Notes under the pieces: generated by a model | Seen by the model: the letters and a program-made list of their open reading frames with translations, nothing else | What the model was told of the DNA's origin: nothing | Databases searched by the model: none | Made by a program: the position numbers and the translations under genes | Origin: Salpingoeca rosetta | Taxonomy: Eukaryota; Protista; Choanoflagellata | Length of the DNA: 64,000 nt | Direction: 5' to 3' | Assembly: GCA_033442325.1 (NCBI GenBank) | Contig: JAWQFM010000004.1 | Coordinates: 2,259,805-2,323,804 of the forward strand | Shown here: positions 62,680-64,000 of the stretch, piece after piece | Layout of the letters: each line of letters begins with the position of its first letter | How positions within the stretch are numbered: the first letter of the stretch is position 1

Positions 62680-63992
62680 ATGTCGGAGTCCAAGGTGCTT
62701 GCAAAACAACGAGAGGAAGGAAGCTGACTGTGTTGGTGTTGTGGGGGTGTGGCTTCGCTGCAGTGTGTGTGTGTGTGTGTGTGTGCGACTGTGTATGTGA
62801 CTGTGTATGCGACTGTGAGTGTGTGTGTGTGTGAGTGTGTGTGTGTGAGTGTGTGTGTGCTCGTCTCTATCCCTCCCTCTCTTCCTCTCTTCCTCTCATT
62901 CTCCCCCCCCCTTCTGTCTCCCTCTCTCTCTCTCTCTCTCACCTGTAGTTGCATTCTCACGCGTGTACGTTTCCTCGTGCCTCGTGTGCAGTTCAAACGA
63001 GGGGGAAGCCACCGTGGCAGCATCACGGGAGGCGTGGTGCGGCCGGGCCAGCCAAGTGTTGGGCTGCACGCATCCGGGTTTCCGGTCTACCAACACCTCC
63101 CAGATCGCTTGGACGAGACAAGCGAAGACTATCGCGATCATGTCGCCACATTTGTCTCCGACATTGACATTTCAAGTCAGTCAGTGCTTGTGTGGAGGGG
63201 TGGGGTTGTTTGAGGAAGGGTGTGTTTGATTTTGCGCTGTATTGCGCATGTGCTTTGTGTGTGCTGTGATGTGTGTGTGTGTGCGGTTGTGATGTGTATT
63301 TGCTTGTGTGTGTGTGTGTGTGTGTGTGCGTGCGGTTGTGATGTGTACGTGTGTTCGTGTGTGCGTGTGCGTGTGTGTACGTGTGTTCGTGTGTGCGTGT
63401 GCGTGCGGTTGTGATGTGTACGTGTGTTCGTGTGTGCGTGTGCGTGTGTGTACGTGTGTTCGTGTAGGCATGTATTCGCGCACTCATGTGCGTGTACTGT
63501 TCTGTTTCGGCGTGTCATTAGCCCATGTGTTGTCGCATGAACATAACCGATGCCTGCTGTCACATGTACACCTTTCACTCACTGTAATGCCTGCTGTGAA
63601 ATGCGCCCCAGAGCTCAAGATGCCGAGTAGCATGACGTTTAGTGAGGAGGGCATTTATGACAACTTGCCAGCAGACAAATCAAACGTATGCGTGCACATG
63701 GTGGTGAACCCACAGCTCACGTGCTATGACGCCCATGCCACCGCCCACACACGACGTGTGCTGTTCATTTTCCACTTGTCATCGCAGCCCCAACACACGC
63801 GAACTCACGCTCTCTCACGCACACGCAAATGCGTGCATATGCACAACACTTTTCACACACACACGCACGCACACGCACACGCACACACACACCCTTCACT
63901 TTATGTCCACTGTTCAGTCGCAGCCGGATCTGCCGTCCAAGATGTCGTATTCGCAGGAAGGCGCCTATGAGACGCTGCCCATGCGTGGAGAG
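62680..63992 (+). CDS. 5' part of a protein with repeated Tyr motifs (3'-partial)
   Basis: Phase-compatible exons 62680-62694 (MSESK), 62992-63175 (...PVYQHLP...), 63612-63685 (KLKMPSSMTFSEEGIYDNLPADKSN) and 63924-63992 (PDLPSKMSYSQEGAYETLPMRGE). Confidence 0.65.
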
Positions 63993-64000
63993 GTACGTGT

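Overview
Intron-rich eukaryotic DNA whose introns are full of (TG)n/(CA)n and related microsatellites. Style and domain content suggest a choanoflagellate such as Salpingoeca rosetta (inference only). Most listed ORFs are microsatellite artefacts, so I built about 12 spliced genes by hand from GT-AG sites. (1) 3' end of an unknown gene (+). (2) XPA-C-like, charged protein (-). (3) Type I membrane protein: signal peptide, intact JmjC/cupin-4 2-oxoglutarate oxygenase domain, RSRR site, Cys-rich repeats, 6 sushi, 11 cbEGF, TM, and a kinase-less YxxP/NPxY tail (+). (4) Yar1-like ankyrin fused to a METTL21-family methyltransferase (-). (5) Small single-TM protein (+). (6) Type II thioredoxin-fold protein (-). 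(7) TAF4-like protein with two TAFH-like domains (-). (8, 9) A head-to-head pair of large dermatopontin-domain genes: one secreted (DERM x3, sushi x7, PAN, NHL) and one membrane-anchored (DERM, sushi, EGF, FN3, PAN, bacterial-like core, TM). (10) Short-chain acyl-CoA dehydrogenase (-). (11) Hypothetical gene (-). (12) 5' end of a tyrosine-motif repeat protein (+). The best candidates for novelty are the receptor with a lumenal JmjC domain, the divergent dermatopontin pair, and the 5'-UG/3'-CA intron polarity. All domain calls are from motif recognition by eye; no searches were run.
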